DNA from: Rubripirellula sp.
GTDB taxonomy: Bacteria > Planctomycetota > Planctomycetia > Pirellulales > Pirellulaceae
Direction of reading: 5' to 3'
NCBI GenBank assembly: GCA_965216875.1
Contig: OZ244207.1
Span: 1,856,001 to 1,920,000 of the forward strand
DNA length: 64,000 bases
Of this stretch, positions 50,942-59,954 are shown piece after piece; position 1 is the first letter of the stretch; each line of letters starts with the position of its first letter. The notes below the pieces were generated by a model. It saw nothing but the letters and a program-made list of their open reading frames with translations, searched no databases and was not told the DNA's origin. Position numbers and translations under genes: made by a program.

Positions 50942-52402
50942 TCATTTGGTTTTCTTGCTTGGTTTAAGACGCGACTCGTATTCCCAACGATGTTGCCACT
51001 GTTCGAAGTAAGGTTTGTACTCATCAACTTCGGTCCAAAAGCGTGGCGTCGGTTCGTCGTCGTTGACTTTACCTTCGGGATAGTCGAGCCCGTTGACGCT
51101 TGCTTCGACTGTCGTGTGCCATGCAACAAGTTGATCACGAAGTTTTGCGAAACGTTTCGGGTGAGCATTGGCGATGTTGGTTGATTCGCTCACATCATCG
51201 ACAAGATCGAACATCTCGAACTTCTTGTTCTTGATGCGATTGGCGACCACTTTGTAGCGATTGTCGATGATGGCGCCGCGGCCTTGGAACCGGAAGGTAA
51301 GAGGTGTGGGCCGATCGCCGATTTCCGCAGCAAACAGTTTGCGAAGCGATAGCCCGTCAATCGGGCGCTGATCCTTCAGCTCGATCCCCGTGATGTCGAG
51401 AATCGTTGGCAACATGTCGACCACGCCCGCGGGATAGCTCGTGATCCGTGGCTTGATGACGGCGGGCCATTCGACGATGCCAGGAACGCGAAGTCCACCC
51501 TCGTAGACAGTGCCTTTGTTTCCACGTAGCTGGCCAACACTCGACGGATTGATTTTTGGAAGCCCGCCGTTGTCGCTACAAAACCAGATAATGGTGTTGT
51601 CAGCGATGCCGGCCTCACGCAGCCCTTTGCGCAAAGTGCCGATACTGCGATCCATCGCAACGAGTTCGCCGTAGTGGTTCGCCGATGACGGATCCAAGCG
51701 TTCAAAGCCTCGCATGTCTTCTTCCGTCGCCTTGAAGGGATGGTGTGGCGTTCCGTACCAGATGACAGAGAACGAGGGTTGGTCGGCTTGGGCCCTTGCC
51801 TTGATGAACGCTAACGCGAGGTCGACGATGATCTCCGAAGAATCCCCGGTATGTTCCTCGAACTTGCCCATGCGGCTCATGATTGGATCGCGGTCAAAGA
51901 AGTTGGTGACCGAAATCCATTTGTCGAATCCGAAATGGCCTGGGTTATGATCGTCGGATGCGAGGATGGGCACGCCGGGGCCGCGCAATCCGTTGAGGTG
52001 CCACTTCCCAAAATGCCCCGTCGCATAGCCCGCTTGTCGCAAATAGTTCGGCAGCGTGATTTCTTGGCGGCGAAGCGCATGACCATGACTGGGGACGCCG
52101 GTGCGATCATTGGCGCGACCTGTCAACACACTTGCCCGGGTTGGCGAACAGACGGGAGCACCCGCATAAAACCGATCGAAGCGAAGTCCGTTGCCGGCCA
52201 TCGCATCGAGGTTGGGTGTCTTCAACACGGGATGGTTGTAGTAGCCGGTCTGGGCCCATCCCTGATCGTCAGCCATCACCAATACGATGTTCGGTCGTGT
52301 GTTTGCCTCGTTGGCCAAACCAAGGTCTGTGAAAGCGAAGACAAAAACGATCGCTGCAAACAATGCGAGCGCAAGGTGACGGAAGTGCATTCGGTAGCTC
52401 AT
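50942..52402 (-). CDS. Sulfatase (Cys-type)
   Basis: Signal peptide, 'ADDQGW', CSPTR, GKWHL, SDNG, 'YEGG.RVP'. Confidence 0.93.
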   Translation of the reverse strand: MSYRMHFRHLALALFAAIVFVFAFTDLGLANEANTRPNIVLVMADDQGWAQTGYYNHPVLKTPNLDAMAGNGLRFDRFYAGAPVCSPTRASVLTGRANDRTGVPSHGHALRRQEITLPNYLRQAGYATGHFGKWHLNGLRGPGVPILASDDHNPGHFGFDKWISVTNFFDRDPIMSRMGKFEEHTGDSSEIIVDLALAFIKARAQADQPSFSVIWYGTPHHPFKATEEDMRGFERLDPSSANHYGELVAMDRSIGTLRKGLREAGIADNTIIWFCSDNGGLPKINPSSVGQLRGNKGTVYEGGLRVPGIVEWPAVIKPRITSYPAGVVDMLPTILDITGIELKDQRPIDGLSLRKLFAAEIGDRPTPLTFRFQGRGAIIDNRYKVVANRIKNKKFEMFDLVDDVSESTNIANAHPKRFAKLRDQLVAWHTTVEASVNGLDYPEGKVNDDEPTPRFWTEVDEYKPYFEQWQHRWEYESRLKPSKKTK

Positions 52403-52578
52403 GAAGGTGGGGCGGAACGCGAAACCAATAGCTCACACGTTCGGTGGGATGTGGTGACTGTCGTTCACAGAATAGCAAGCAGCGATCTGCAAGTGTGGTC
52501 GAGCTTACGAATTCGCGATGATCGGCGCTTCCTTGTGCGGGAATTGTAGGAAGACGTTTCCGCCGCTATTTTGGCCTC

Positions 52579-53370
52579 ATGTCTAGTCAACTCAAAGAAG
52601 CGCCGACAGCGTTTGGCCAGCAGCTAAAAATGTGGCGTCGTCAACGGGGGCTCAGCCAGCTTCAACTTGCCAGTGCCGCATCGACAACTCCGCGGCATCT
52701 ATCGTTCATCGAGTCGGGTCGGTCGCGGCCCGGACGCGACTTGATCTTGCGACTAGCCCAATGCCTTGATCTCTCGATACGCAACCAGAACTCGCTCCTT
52801 ATTTCAGCGGGTTTGCCGCCCGAATTTGCTCAGCGCGAACTTGAATCACCCGAGGTCTCTCCTTACCGTGCCGCACTCGATTTGATCCTGGATCGCCACA
52901 ATCCCTATCCCGCGTGTGCGTTCAATTCGCTCGGAAAGGTGCTGCGGTGCAACGAGGCGCACCGAAAATTCGCGCCGGGCTGTGAGGAGATGACACCTGA
53001 GGAATCGATCGATACTTGGCTCGGTCCCGGCCCGAATCGAAAGTTCATCGACAACTTTTCAGAGGTCGCATGGGCCTGGATTGATCGCAAGATTCACGAG
53101 GCTGCCCAACACGGCGATCCCGAATTGACCGCTCTGGTGGAACGTGCGCTGAATCATCTTGCGGATACACCACGCCCCAACGCACCGACCGAAGGCTACC
53201 CCGATGTGGTGTCACCGAGATTTCGCGTTGGCGACAAGATCATTCGAACCTTTGCAACCGTGATGCGGTTCGAATCGGCGAGAGAAGTCACGTTGAGTGA
53301 GCTACGCGTGGAACTGATCTTCCCACTCGACGATGAAAGCGATCAGTTCTTTCGGGATCTGTGCACGTGA
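52579..53370 (+). CDS. XRE-HTH transcriptional regulator with MmyB-like ligand-binding domain
   Basis: 'WRRQRGLSQL.LA....TPRHLSFIESGRS.P', 'H.PYPA', 'ELRVELIFP.D'. Confidence 0.9.
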   Translation: MSSQLKEAPTAFGQQLKMWRRQRGLSQLQLASAASTTPRHLSFIESGRSRPGRDLILRLAQCLDLSIRNQNSLLISAGLPPEFAQRELESPEVSPYRAALDLILDRHNPYPACAFNSLGKVLRCNEAHRKFAPGCEEMTPEESIDTWLGPGPNRKFIDNFSEVAWAWIDRKIHEAAQHGDPELTALVERALNHLADTPRPNAPTEGYPDVVSPRFRVGDKIIRTFATVMRFESAREVTLSELRVELIFPLDDESDQFFRDLCT

Positions 53371-53507
53371 GCCGAACGCGCTAGCGTCGGGCCCTTGGCG
53401 GCAACAGCTTGCTAAGACAGTGCCCGGCCTCTTATGCGCTAGCGGCTTGCCGAAATAGGCAATTTCGCTGACGAGCTTGTTCGAGCCGCCCGGTTGCAAT
53501 CAAGTGC
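53363..53507 (-). repeat. Degenerate copy of the dispersed element (GTGAGCCG/GGGCCC core)
   Basis: 33-nt exact inverted match to 4385-4417. Reverse complement of the far end reads TGCACTTGATTGCAACC...CAGCGAAATTGCC...AAGCCGC. Confidence 0.75.
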
Positions 53508-53621
53508 AAAAATCTTTCTCCGCGCTTCCTCAATCAGGAATCGGATTGAGACTCCTCGGTCTCTAAAGTTCCTGAAGTGCTTGTGCCCGCATACCGTTTG
53601 CAAACAATTGAGAGGAATCCA

Positions 53622-54116
53622 ATGAGTCGTTTTGACCACGACATCATCGTCGACGCGAGTGCCGAACGTGTGTGGCAAGTCTTGGGACTACAGTTTGGTG
53701 ACATTGGTCAGTGGACAAGCGTCGTTGCGAGTACATCGATCTCGGGTGAACTAGGCGTCGGCGCAAAGCGAGTCTGTCACTTATCCCCCTCTTCGACCGT
53801 GTCGGAGGAGCTGACTGAGTATTCTCCCGAGACGATGAGCTATGCCTACCGAGCCGGCGCTGGAGTACCCGGTTGGGTCAAAGAGGCTTCGAATCACTGG
53901 ACGATTCAGCCCATCGACGAAAAACACTGCCGGGTCTTGATCCGACCTACCATCCGCCTTTCCTGGTGGGCAAACCCAATCAAACCGTTCTGCGTCTGGT
54001 CGACGCGAAGATTGCTTGTCCGCGTTGGCGAAGAGCTCAAGCATTACGTCGAGAAGGGTGAGGTTCACCCGCGCAAAATCGAGCAAACTGCAAAGCTCGC
54101 CGCTTCGGCTGCATAA
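53622..54116 (+). CDS. SRPBCC (polyketide cyclase/START-like) protein
   Basis: GAGG RBS, 'I.VDASAERVWQ.L..F..I..W', 'GA.R.C', C-terminal 'ELKHYVE'. Confidence 0.88.
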   Translation: MSRFDHDIIVDASAERVWQVLGLQFGDIGQWTSVVASTSISGELGVGAKRVCHLSPSSTVSEELTEYSPETMSYAYRAGAGVPGWVKEASNHWTIQPIDEKHCRVLIRPTIRLSWWANPIKPFCVWSTRRLLVRVGEELKHYVEKGEVHPRKIEQTAKLAASAA

Positions 54117-54170
54117 CGCTTCGCCGCCTGATGCTGTGGCATATCCATCAAAGAACAACGGAGATCCCAA

Positions 54171-54671
54171 TTGAATTGTGCTGCATTGATCCAGTCCGTG
54201 CTGAAACAAAACATCGCTTCGACGTTACCACTGATCCTCGACATGCGTGATGCGCCGATGACATTCCCCACGGTCAACGGCGGAAACCATCCGGTCTGGA
54301 TTTTGGGGCACCTCGCCTATTCGGCCGAAGAGCTTTGTTTCGAAGTCATGCGTGGTCAGGAAAACCCACTTGCCGGCTGGAAAGAGTTGTTCGGTTACGG
54401 ATCCACCCCGACCAGTGATTCGTCTCAGTACCCCGACTTTGATGATGTGCTCGCCGAGTGCACGCGAATTCACGACCGAATCGGCGCCGAATTGTTAGAG
54501 ATCGACGAGGAGGGTTTGGACCGAGTGAGCAAAGGGTGTCCCGAGTCGTACGCGGATCGATTCGGTACCTACGGGCTTTGCTACATGGCAGCGGCCAATC
54601 ATTGGCTGATGCATCGCGGCCAAATCGCCGATTGCCGCCGGGCTGCCGGTCGAAAGCCGCTGATTGCTTGA
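54171..54671 (+). CDS. DinB family protein
   Basis: 'NH..W.LGHL', 'H..MH.GQI'. TTG start with GGAG upstream. Confidence 0.88.
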   Translation: MNCAALIQSVLKQNIASTLPLILDMRDAPMTFPTVNGGNHPVWILGHLAYSAEELCFEVMRGQENPLAGWKELFGYGSTPTSDSSQYPDFDDVLAECTRIHDRIGAELLEIDEEGLDRVSKGCPESYADRFGTYGLCYMAAANHWLMHRGQIADCRRAAGRKPLIA

Positions 54672-54694
54672 ATCTCCGTTCAAGCGATGATGCG

Positions 54695-54979
54695 TTAGTA
54701 CGTGATTCGAAACCCGTTTGTCCGATCGAGCGACGGGAACTCGTCGATGAGCGTCGAGTCGATGCGGCCTGACATTGCCGTTTTGACTCGACGGACCAGT
54801 TCCTTCAATTCGGCTTTGGATCCATCGACGTCGACAAGCACACTCCCGTCGGGCTCGTTGCGAACGAAGCCATGCAAATCGAGTCCGCGTGCGACTGAAA
54901 TCGTGGTTGCGCGGAACCCGACGCCTTGGACATGGCCCGAGTAGCGAATCACATTCCGAACCTTCCCTGAAGAAGTCAT
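54695..54979 (-). CDS. acyP: Acylphosphatase
   Basis: 'G.VQGVGFR', 'GFVRN..DGSV'. Confidence 0.92.
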   Translation of the reverse strand: MTSSGKVRNVIRYSGHVQGVGFRATTISVARGLDLHGFVRNEPDGSVLVDVDGSKAELKELVRRVKTAMSGRIDSTLIDEFPSLDRTNGFRITY

Positions 54980-54982
54980 CGC

Positions 54983-56740
54983 TCAATTGCCGTCGGTGTC
55001 AAATGCCGTCTTGATGGAGTCGTCGTCGACCGTGTCGTGAATGGCCTGACGCGTCTCGGCCGCACTCTTGACTCGTTCGATGGCGACAAGGCACATGTCA
55101 TCAAATGGCGGAGCGGATCCCACATGGGACAGGACGGATTGGATAATCCGGTCCTTGATCGCTTCGGCGTTGCCACCTTCGGCAGTCAGTTTGCGGACCC
55201 GTTCCATCCCGAACTCTTCGTCGGCTGCGTTCATCGCTTCGTTGACACCGTCGGTGTACATCACCGCAACATCGCCGACGTCGAAGGGCATTTCAACGGC
55301 TTCGTAGTCCATGCCATCCATGATGGCGATCGGCAATCCCGATTCTTCCTCGCCTGGCTCGGAGATGGAGCCGTCTTTGCGCCGGACAATGGGTGCCATG
55401 TGTCCTGCGTTGACGATGGTTGCTGTTTCACTTGTTGGATCGATGACCAACAGAAGGAAGGTGATGAAGCGTTCAACCTGCAGCTTGCTCATTCGATCGT
55501 TTAGTTTGACGATCGCTTTGGAGACGTCAGGTTCACTGGCCAGACAGAAACGCGTCTCGGCCGACAGTTTGGCCATGAACATCGCCGCCGCAACGCCGTG
55601 ACCAACGACATCGGCGACGACGACGCCAATTCGACCATCGGCGAGATGGATGTAGTCGAAGTAGTCACCGCCAATGTGGTTCGCCGCTTGATAGAAACTG
55701 GTCACGTCGAAGCCGGAAGCCTCAGGTGGCGTCTGTGGCAAGAAGGCCTGTTGAACTTCCGTGGCGAGCTTCAAGTCTTGTTCAACTTCTTTTTGCACGA
55801 GGGCCTGTTCGTGCATTTGAGCATTGTTGATCACAATGCCAGCTTGGGCTGCGACGCCAGAGAGCAGGTCGGTGTCTTCCTCGCGAAATTGTCCGCGTCC
55901 CTTGGTCGAGTCGATCTGCAAAGCCCCAAAGGTGTTCCCATCACCGTCGGTTAGTGGCGCACAAATCATGGATCGAATCGAAAAGTCGGCAATCGACTGG
56001 CTACTGTCAAAGCGACTGTCCTCGGCCGCATCGAGGGAAAGGATCGCTTCACCCTTTGACATCACTTCGCGAATGATCGTGCGACTGATACGAACGGTCT
56101 CGGTTTCGTCTTGAGCGGTTCGGTTCTTGACCCAGCGAGGAACGATGTTTCCTTCCTCGTCGACCATGACGACAAACCCGCGATCGGCCGCAGGAAAGAT
56201 ATCGAATAGGCTCGAGAGGACTTTTGGCAGGACTTCATCAATCGCAAGCGTGTTGCTTAGGTTGCGATTGATCCGCATCAAGGCTTCGAGTTTCGCCTCA
56301 GGCGTGGCGACCATCTTGAGGCCATCGGCCGAGCTGCGGAATTCGACTTTTGAATTGCTGCTGAGTTGTTCGGTTTCGTTGTCTTCGACAATTCGAAAAT
56401 TTGCACCGTCAAAAGTGACGGCACTACTTTGAGCGAACTCAGGAACTTCGCCAAAGTGAAAAACGAATTCAATCTCGCTGATCCGAATTCGGTCGCCTTC
56501 GCGCAGCACCTCGGGTTTGGCCAGCAGTTGTCCGTTCAGGAAGGTGCCGTTGCGGCTCTTGGAGTCTTCGACGACGAATTCGTCGTTTTGCTGGACGATT
56601 TTGGCGTGGAATCGGCTCACTGCGCCCGCATCGACGACAATCCCACATTCGGGATGTCGGCCGATGGAGGTTTCGCCGGGACCGAGATCAAATCTGCTTG
56701 CCCCATCCTCTCCGTTGGAGTTGGTCGACAAAAACGCCAT
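54983..56740 (-). CDS. FHA-GAF-SpoIIE (PP2C-type) phosphatase
   Basis: FHA 'IGR....VSR.HA...SRNGTFLNG', GAF 'IRS.ICAPL', PP2C 'GGDYFD', 'DV.GHG', 'NAGH', 'YTDG..EA', 'DD'. Confidence 0.92.
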   Translation of the reverse strand: MAFLSTNSNGEDGASRFDLGPGETSIGRHPECGIVVDAGAVSRFHAKIVQQNDEFVVEDSKSRNGTFLNGQLLAKPEVLREGDRIRISEIEFVFHFGEVPEFAQSSAVTFDGANFRIVEDNETEQLSSNSKVEFRSSADGLKMVATPEAKLEALMRINRNLSNTLAIDEVLPKVLSSLFDIFPAADRGFVVMVDEEGNIVPRWVKNRTAQDETETVRISRTIIREVMSKGEAILSLDAAEDSRFDSSQSIADFSIRSMICAPLTDGDGNTFGALQIDSTKGRGQFREEDTDLLSGVAAQAGIVINNAQMHEQALVQKEVEQDLKLATEVQQAFLPQTPPEASGFDVTSFYQAANHIGGDYFDYIHLADGRIGVVVADVVGHGVAAAMFMAKLSAETRFCLASEPDVSKAIVKLNDRMSKLQVERFITFLLLVIDPTSETATIVNAGHMAPIVRRKDGSISEPGEEESGLPIAIMDGMDYEAVEMPFDVGDVAVMYTDGVNEAMNAADEEFGMERVRKLTAEGGNAEAIKDRIIQSVLSHVGSAPPFDDMCLVAIERVKSAAETRQAIHDTVDDDSIKTAFDTDGN

Positions 56741-56908
56741 CACTGCACCAATAACTACATCATGAATTGAACGCCCTGATTGTATGTCGAGGTCGTCGCG
56801 GCAACAACGAAGGGGTTGACGCCGCGGCAAAAAACGTTCGCACCACCCGGCGAAGCCATGCGAACGGTTCCCATTCGGCATTACGGAGTCACATCGAACC
56901 TAAAACCC

Positions 56909-56937
56909 TTGACGCGGCAAAAGAGTGTACCTACGTT
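56909..56937 (+). promoter_or_regulatory. Putative sigma70 promoter of the tRNA
   Basis: TTGACG-N17-TACGTT, ending 45 nt upstream of the tRNA. Confidence 0.5.
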
Positions 56938-56982
56938 TCAGTAGCTCTCTCACATCGAGAGCGCTGGCCGCGCAAAACAAAC

Positions 56983-57054
56983 TGCCCGATGGTGTAATTG
57001 GCAACACTGCGGATTCTGGTTCCGTCATTCTAGGTTCAAGTCCTAGTCGGGCAG
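56983..57054 (+). tRNA. tRNA-Gln (anticodon CTG), CCA not encoded
   Basis: Cloverleaf: acceptor TGCCCGA/TCGGGCA, D arm GTGT/ACAC, anticodon arm GCGGA-TTCTGGT-TCCGT, T arm CTAGG-TTCAAGT-CCTAG. Confidence 0.96.
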
Positions 57055-57117
57055 CTGAATAATTCTTCAAGTCCCCTTCGCATTCGATCTGCTGAAGTGA
57101 CGCTGATCGGATTTATG

Positions 57118-57393
57118 TCAGGGTGGGGTGCCGTCGGCTTGGTCAGGGCTTTGATGCGCTTCGGCGTCCTTGTTGCTGGCTTTCTCTTCGCGAACGTTGC
57201 AAATGAATAGCCAAACGCCGTAGAGAAAGAAGGCGAGGCCAATCGCCGAACCCACTCGCCAAAAGCCGCCAGACCCAAAAAGCAGGACCGCGAACACTCC
57301 CGTCATCCAGATCCCAATTGGCGAATAGCCGCCGCCAAGTTCCTCCTCGCCAATTGACTCGTCAACTTCGTTGGGCGGTTCGTATGGCTTCAT
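57118..57393 (-). CDS. Small hypothetical membrane protein
   Basis: 91 aa, 'PYEPP' N-terminus, 2 TM. Confidence 0.65.
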   Translation of the reverse strand: MKPYEPPNEVDESIGEEELGGGYSPIGIWMTGVFAVLLFGSGGFWRVGSAIGLAFFLYGVWLFICNVREEKASNKDAEAHQSPDQADGTPP

Positions 57394-57452
57394 GATGACT
57401 GCATCGATACCCAGAGTGGCATTGGTTTTCTTGGTAAACGAGCATCAAGAGA

Positions 57453-57514
57453 GTCGCCTATTGCTCCGCAAGAGTTCCGTTTGCGGACGCTACTTTCGCG
57501 GAGCGAAAGGCGAC
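57453..57514. repeat. REP-like inverted pair (GTCGCCTTTCGCTCCGCGAAAG type)
   Basis: GTCGCCTATTGCTCCGCAAGAG...CTTTCGCGGAGCGAAAGGCGAC. Confidence 0.7.
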
Positions 57515-57580
57515 ATTTATTGAATCAGACCCTATAAGAAAATTGATCACCGAGTAAGCGATAAGTGACGCGTTCAAGTC

Positions 57581-58573
57581 TTAGTGGGACGCCGTGCCAC
57601 ACCAACTCTGCCATTGGCGGTCGATCCATTTGGGGTCGGGGGCTTCGTCGGTGACGAGGAAACGGTAGCGAACTGTGTGCGGGTGGTCTCGGTCAATGGT
57701 GAAGTTTTCTTCGACGCAGGGAGCGAAACAGAAATAGGGTTTGGTCGGATGCAGCCGCGCCGTTTGCGGAGCTCGAAAGTTCTCTTTGTGGCACAGCACA
57801 GCGATTGAAGCAGCCTTTCCATCAAGTGTCCCCGTCAATGCCACCCACCTCGCTTTTTGGTGGTTCCCTTGCTGGCGGTCAGAACCCAAATCATTCAAGA
57901 ACGCACTTTTCTCGCGGACGGCATCGGGATGCTGACGGGCCCAACCATCTTTCTCGGTGAGCCACCGGGTGGGCCCGCGAAACGCCAACCCGCCGTAGCG
58001 GTGTTTTTCGACAACGAGTGGCTTGTCGGTCAGCGCCCGCTGTGTGCTTTCCAAATCGAAGCAGTAATAGTCGCTGTCAGTTGAGTAGACAGTGATCTTC
58101 CAGCGTTCACGCAGGATGTCGACCGGAGGATTTGTCTTGCGGTGCAGCAGGTCCACCTTAAATCCAATGGCATCTGGAGATTCAAAGGTTTCAATCACGC
58201 TCTCGTGCAAAACACGCCCACTGCCTCGAGCCAGATTCCAAAAATCGACAGGTTGGCCATCGTAGTTTGTGTTGACCCAAGCCGAAAAAATCCCCTGTTG
58301 ATGAGGGTGGTCGGCAGGAAACGATTGCGTGAGCGTCGTGCCAGACGGTGACCAAACCGGATGAAGAAACCCACTTCTTTCATAGACCGCGTCGATGTCC
58401 GGCGGGGCTGAGGGTGAGACCTTGTTGTAGGTAAGCACGTCGCGGTCGCCGCGACGTACGGTGATCTCGTCGTCGTTTTCAATCAGCTGCAAGGACTGTG
58501 CAGTTGCGCGATCGGGCGACATGCAAAGCAGAATCGCGCTCGCTAAAAACAACGTTCGGCAGAGAAGACGCAT
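57581..58573 (-). CDS. Second 'PmoA family' (DUF6807-like) secreted protein
   Basis: Signal peptide, 'SGFLHP', 'DHPHQ.G', 'DFWN', 'YGG..FRG', 'L.H.ENF'. Confidence 0.8.
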   Translation of the reverse strand: MRLLCRTLFLASAILLCMSPDRATAQSLQLIENDDEITVRRGDRDVLTYNKVSPSAPPDIDAVYERSGFLHPVWSPSGTTLTQSFPADHPHQQGIFSAWVNTNYDGQPVDFWNLARGSGRVLHESVIETFESPDAIGFKVDLLHRKTNPPVDILRERWKITVYSTDSDYYCFDLESTQRALTDKPLVVEKHRYGGLAFRGPTRWLTEKDGWARQHPDAVREKSAFLNDLGSDRQQGNHQKARWVALTGTLDGKAASIAVLCHKENFRAPQTARLHPTKPYFCFAPCVEENFTIDRDHPHTVRYRFLVTDEAPDPKWIDRQWQSWCGTASH

Positions 58574-58617
58574 TCGGTTAACCCAGTAGGGTGTGTGCTT
58601 GCACGCACCAAGGGAAC

Positions 58618-59589
58618 TTACTTAAAGACTGTTTTCCAATCGTTTTTCATGTCGACGACAATCCAACCTCTTTGAGACGCTTCGTCGAGGCCGCGAGAGA
58701 GTTTTCCAACATGCGATTCTCTGTCGTAGGCATACTCGCGCTCGGCATCGGTATGGTGAACGATCAGACCGAGACGCGAACCGTCACCCGTCGTCGTCCA
58801 TTCAAGCATCTCGAAGTCGCCGTCGGAATTTCCAAAAGCGAGGATCGGGCGACGGCCAATTTGGTTGTTGATCCCGATTGGTTTGCCAGACTTGTCGTCA
58901 ACAAAGTCAATCTCGGGCAGTCGCATGATGGTCGGCTTGCCATCAACGAGTTTGTATTCGGTCTTGAGCCGTGAGCCGATCACTTGTTCTGGCGGAATGC
59001 CATAGACCGCTTCGGTCCATGGACGCATGAATTCGATTCCACCGCCAGAGACGATGTAGGTCTTGAAGCCATGGGCTCGCAGGTGATTGAGTACTTCCAA
59101 CATCGGTTCGTAAACCATGTCGGTGTATTTTGATCCGGTTTTTGGATGCCGCGCGGTTTCGAGCCACGCTTTGACAGCGTCACCGAAAGCTTCCGTCGAG
59201 AGGTTGGCATGCGTCGCCATCGCGATGGCGACTAGCCCGCGCTCGTCGCTTGCAAGAGCCGCATCGGCTTTGCCGGAGAGGACCGATGCGAAGGGTTCTT
59301 GCGTTTTCCATTCGGGATGATCGGGGGCGAGTTGCTTGACTCGATCGAGCATGAAGGCCACTTGCACGTAAAAGGGCTTTTCGCACCATAGCGTGCCATC
59401 GTTGTCAAACACGGCAATCCGCTCGTTGGCCGGCACAAAGTGGGGCGAACTTTCGTCGGTGACTTGGTCAACGAAACGAAGGATCGCTGCCTTCGACGGT
59501 GTGTCGTTCCAGGAAGCAAGCGGCTGGTCGGCGATTGCCTGATGGGCCGCGACGAGAATCAAGCAGATGGCGAAGAGACGTGAGAACAT
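58618..59589 (-). CDS. Secreted HAD-family hydrolase (phosphatase-like)
   Basis: Signal peptide, DNDGTL, 'IVSGG', 'K', 'GNSDGD'. Confidence 0.9.
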   Translation of the reverse strand: MFSRLFAICLILVAAHQAIADQPLASWNDTPSKAAILRFVDQVTDESSPHFVPANERIAVFDNDGTLWCEKPFYVQVAFMLDRVKQLAPDHPEWKTQEPFASVLSGKADAALASDERGLVAIAMATHANLSTEAFGDAVKAWLETARHPKTGSKYTDMVYEPMLEVLNHLRAHGFKTYIVSGGGIEFMRPWTEAVYGIPPEQVIGSRLKTEYKLVDGKPTIMRLPEIDFVDDKSGKPIGINNQIGRRPILAFGNSDGDFEMLEWTTTGDGSRLGLIVHHTDAEREYAYDRESHVGKLSRGLDEASQRGWIVVDMKNDWKTVFK

Positions 59590-59712
59590 GGCGTGGATCC
59601 CGAAGCATGACGTTTGTTGCGGAGCATTTTAGCTGTTTCTGTGGTTGGTGTTGGAGGGCTGGGGATAGCAATCGATTGGCAATGAGGCGACTGGTCAATC
59701 AGGTGATTGGGG

Positions 59713-59740
59713 AACCACGAATGACACAAATAGCACGAAT
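59713..59740 (+). repeat. 9-nt periodic triad
   Basis: A-ACCACGAAT-GACACAAAT-AGCACGAAT. Confidence 0.5.
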
Positions 59741-59954
59741 GTGAGGAGTGTGGATGGGCGCGGGGTTGATCGCCCACTGGTGAGCGTAGCTTCGGTTGTG
59801 AGGGGACGATCAGTGGTTTTTTGACATGGGATCGTTGATCGACGAAGATGGAGATCCCGCCTTGAATAAGCGCCCTTCGCATTGAAGACGATCGGGGGCA
59901 CGTCCCTCAGCTGTCCAAATCGGTGTCGTTCCGAACACCGCAGGATCCCACCTC

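Noticed and set aside
56983..57054. tRNA as a prophage or island attachment site
   Set aside because: No integrase or direct repeat of the tRNA 3' end was noticed inside the window.
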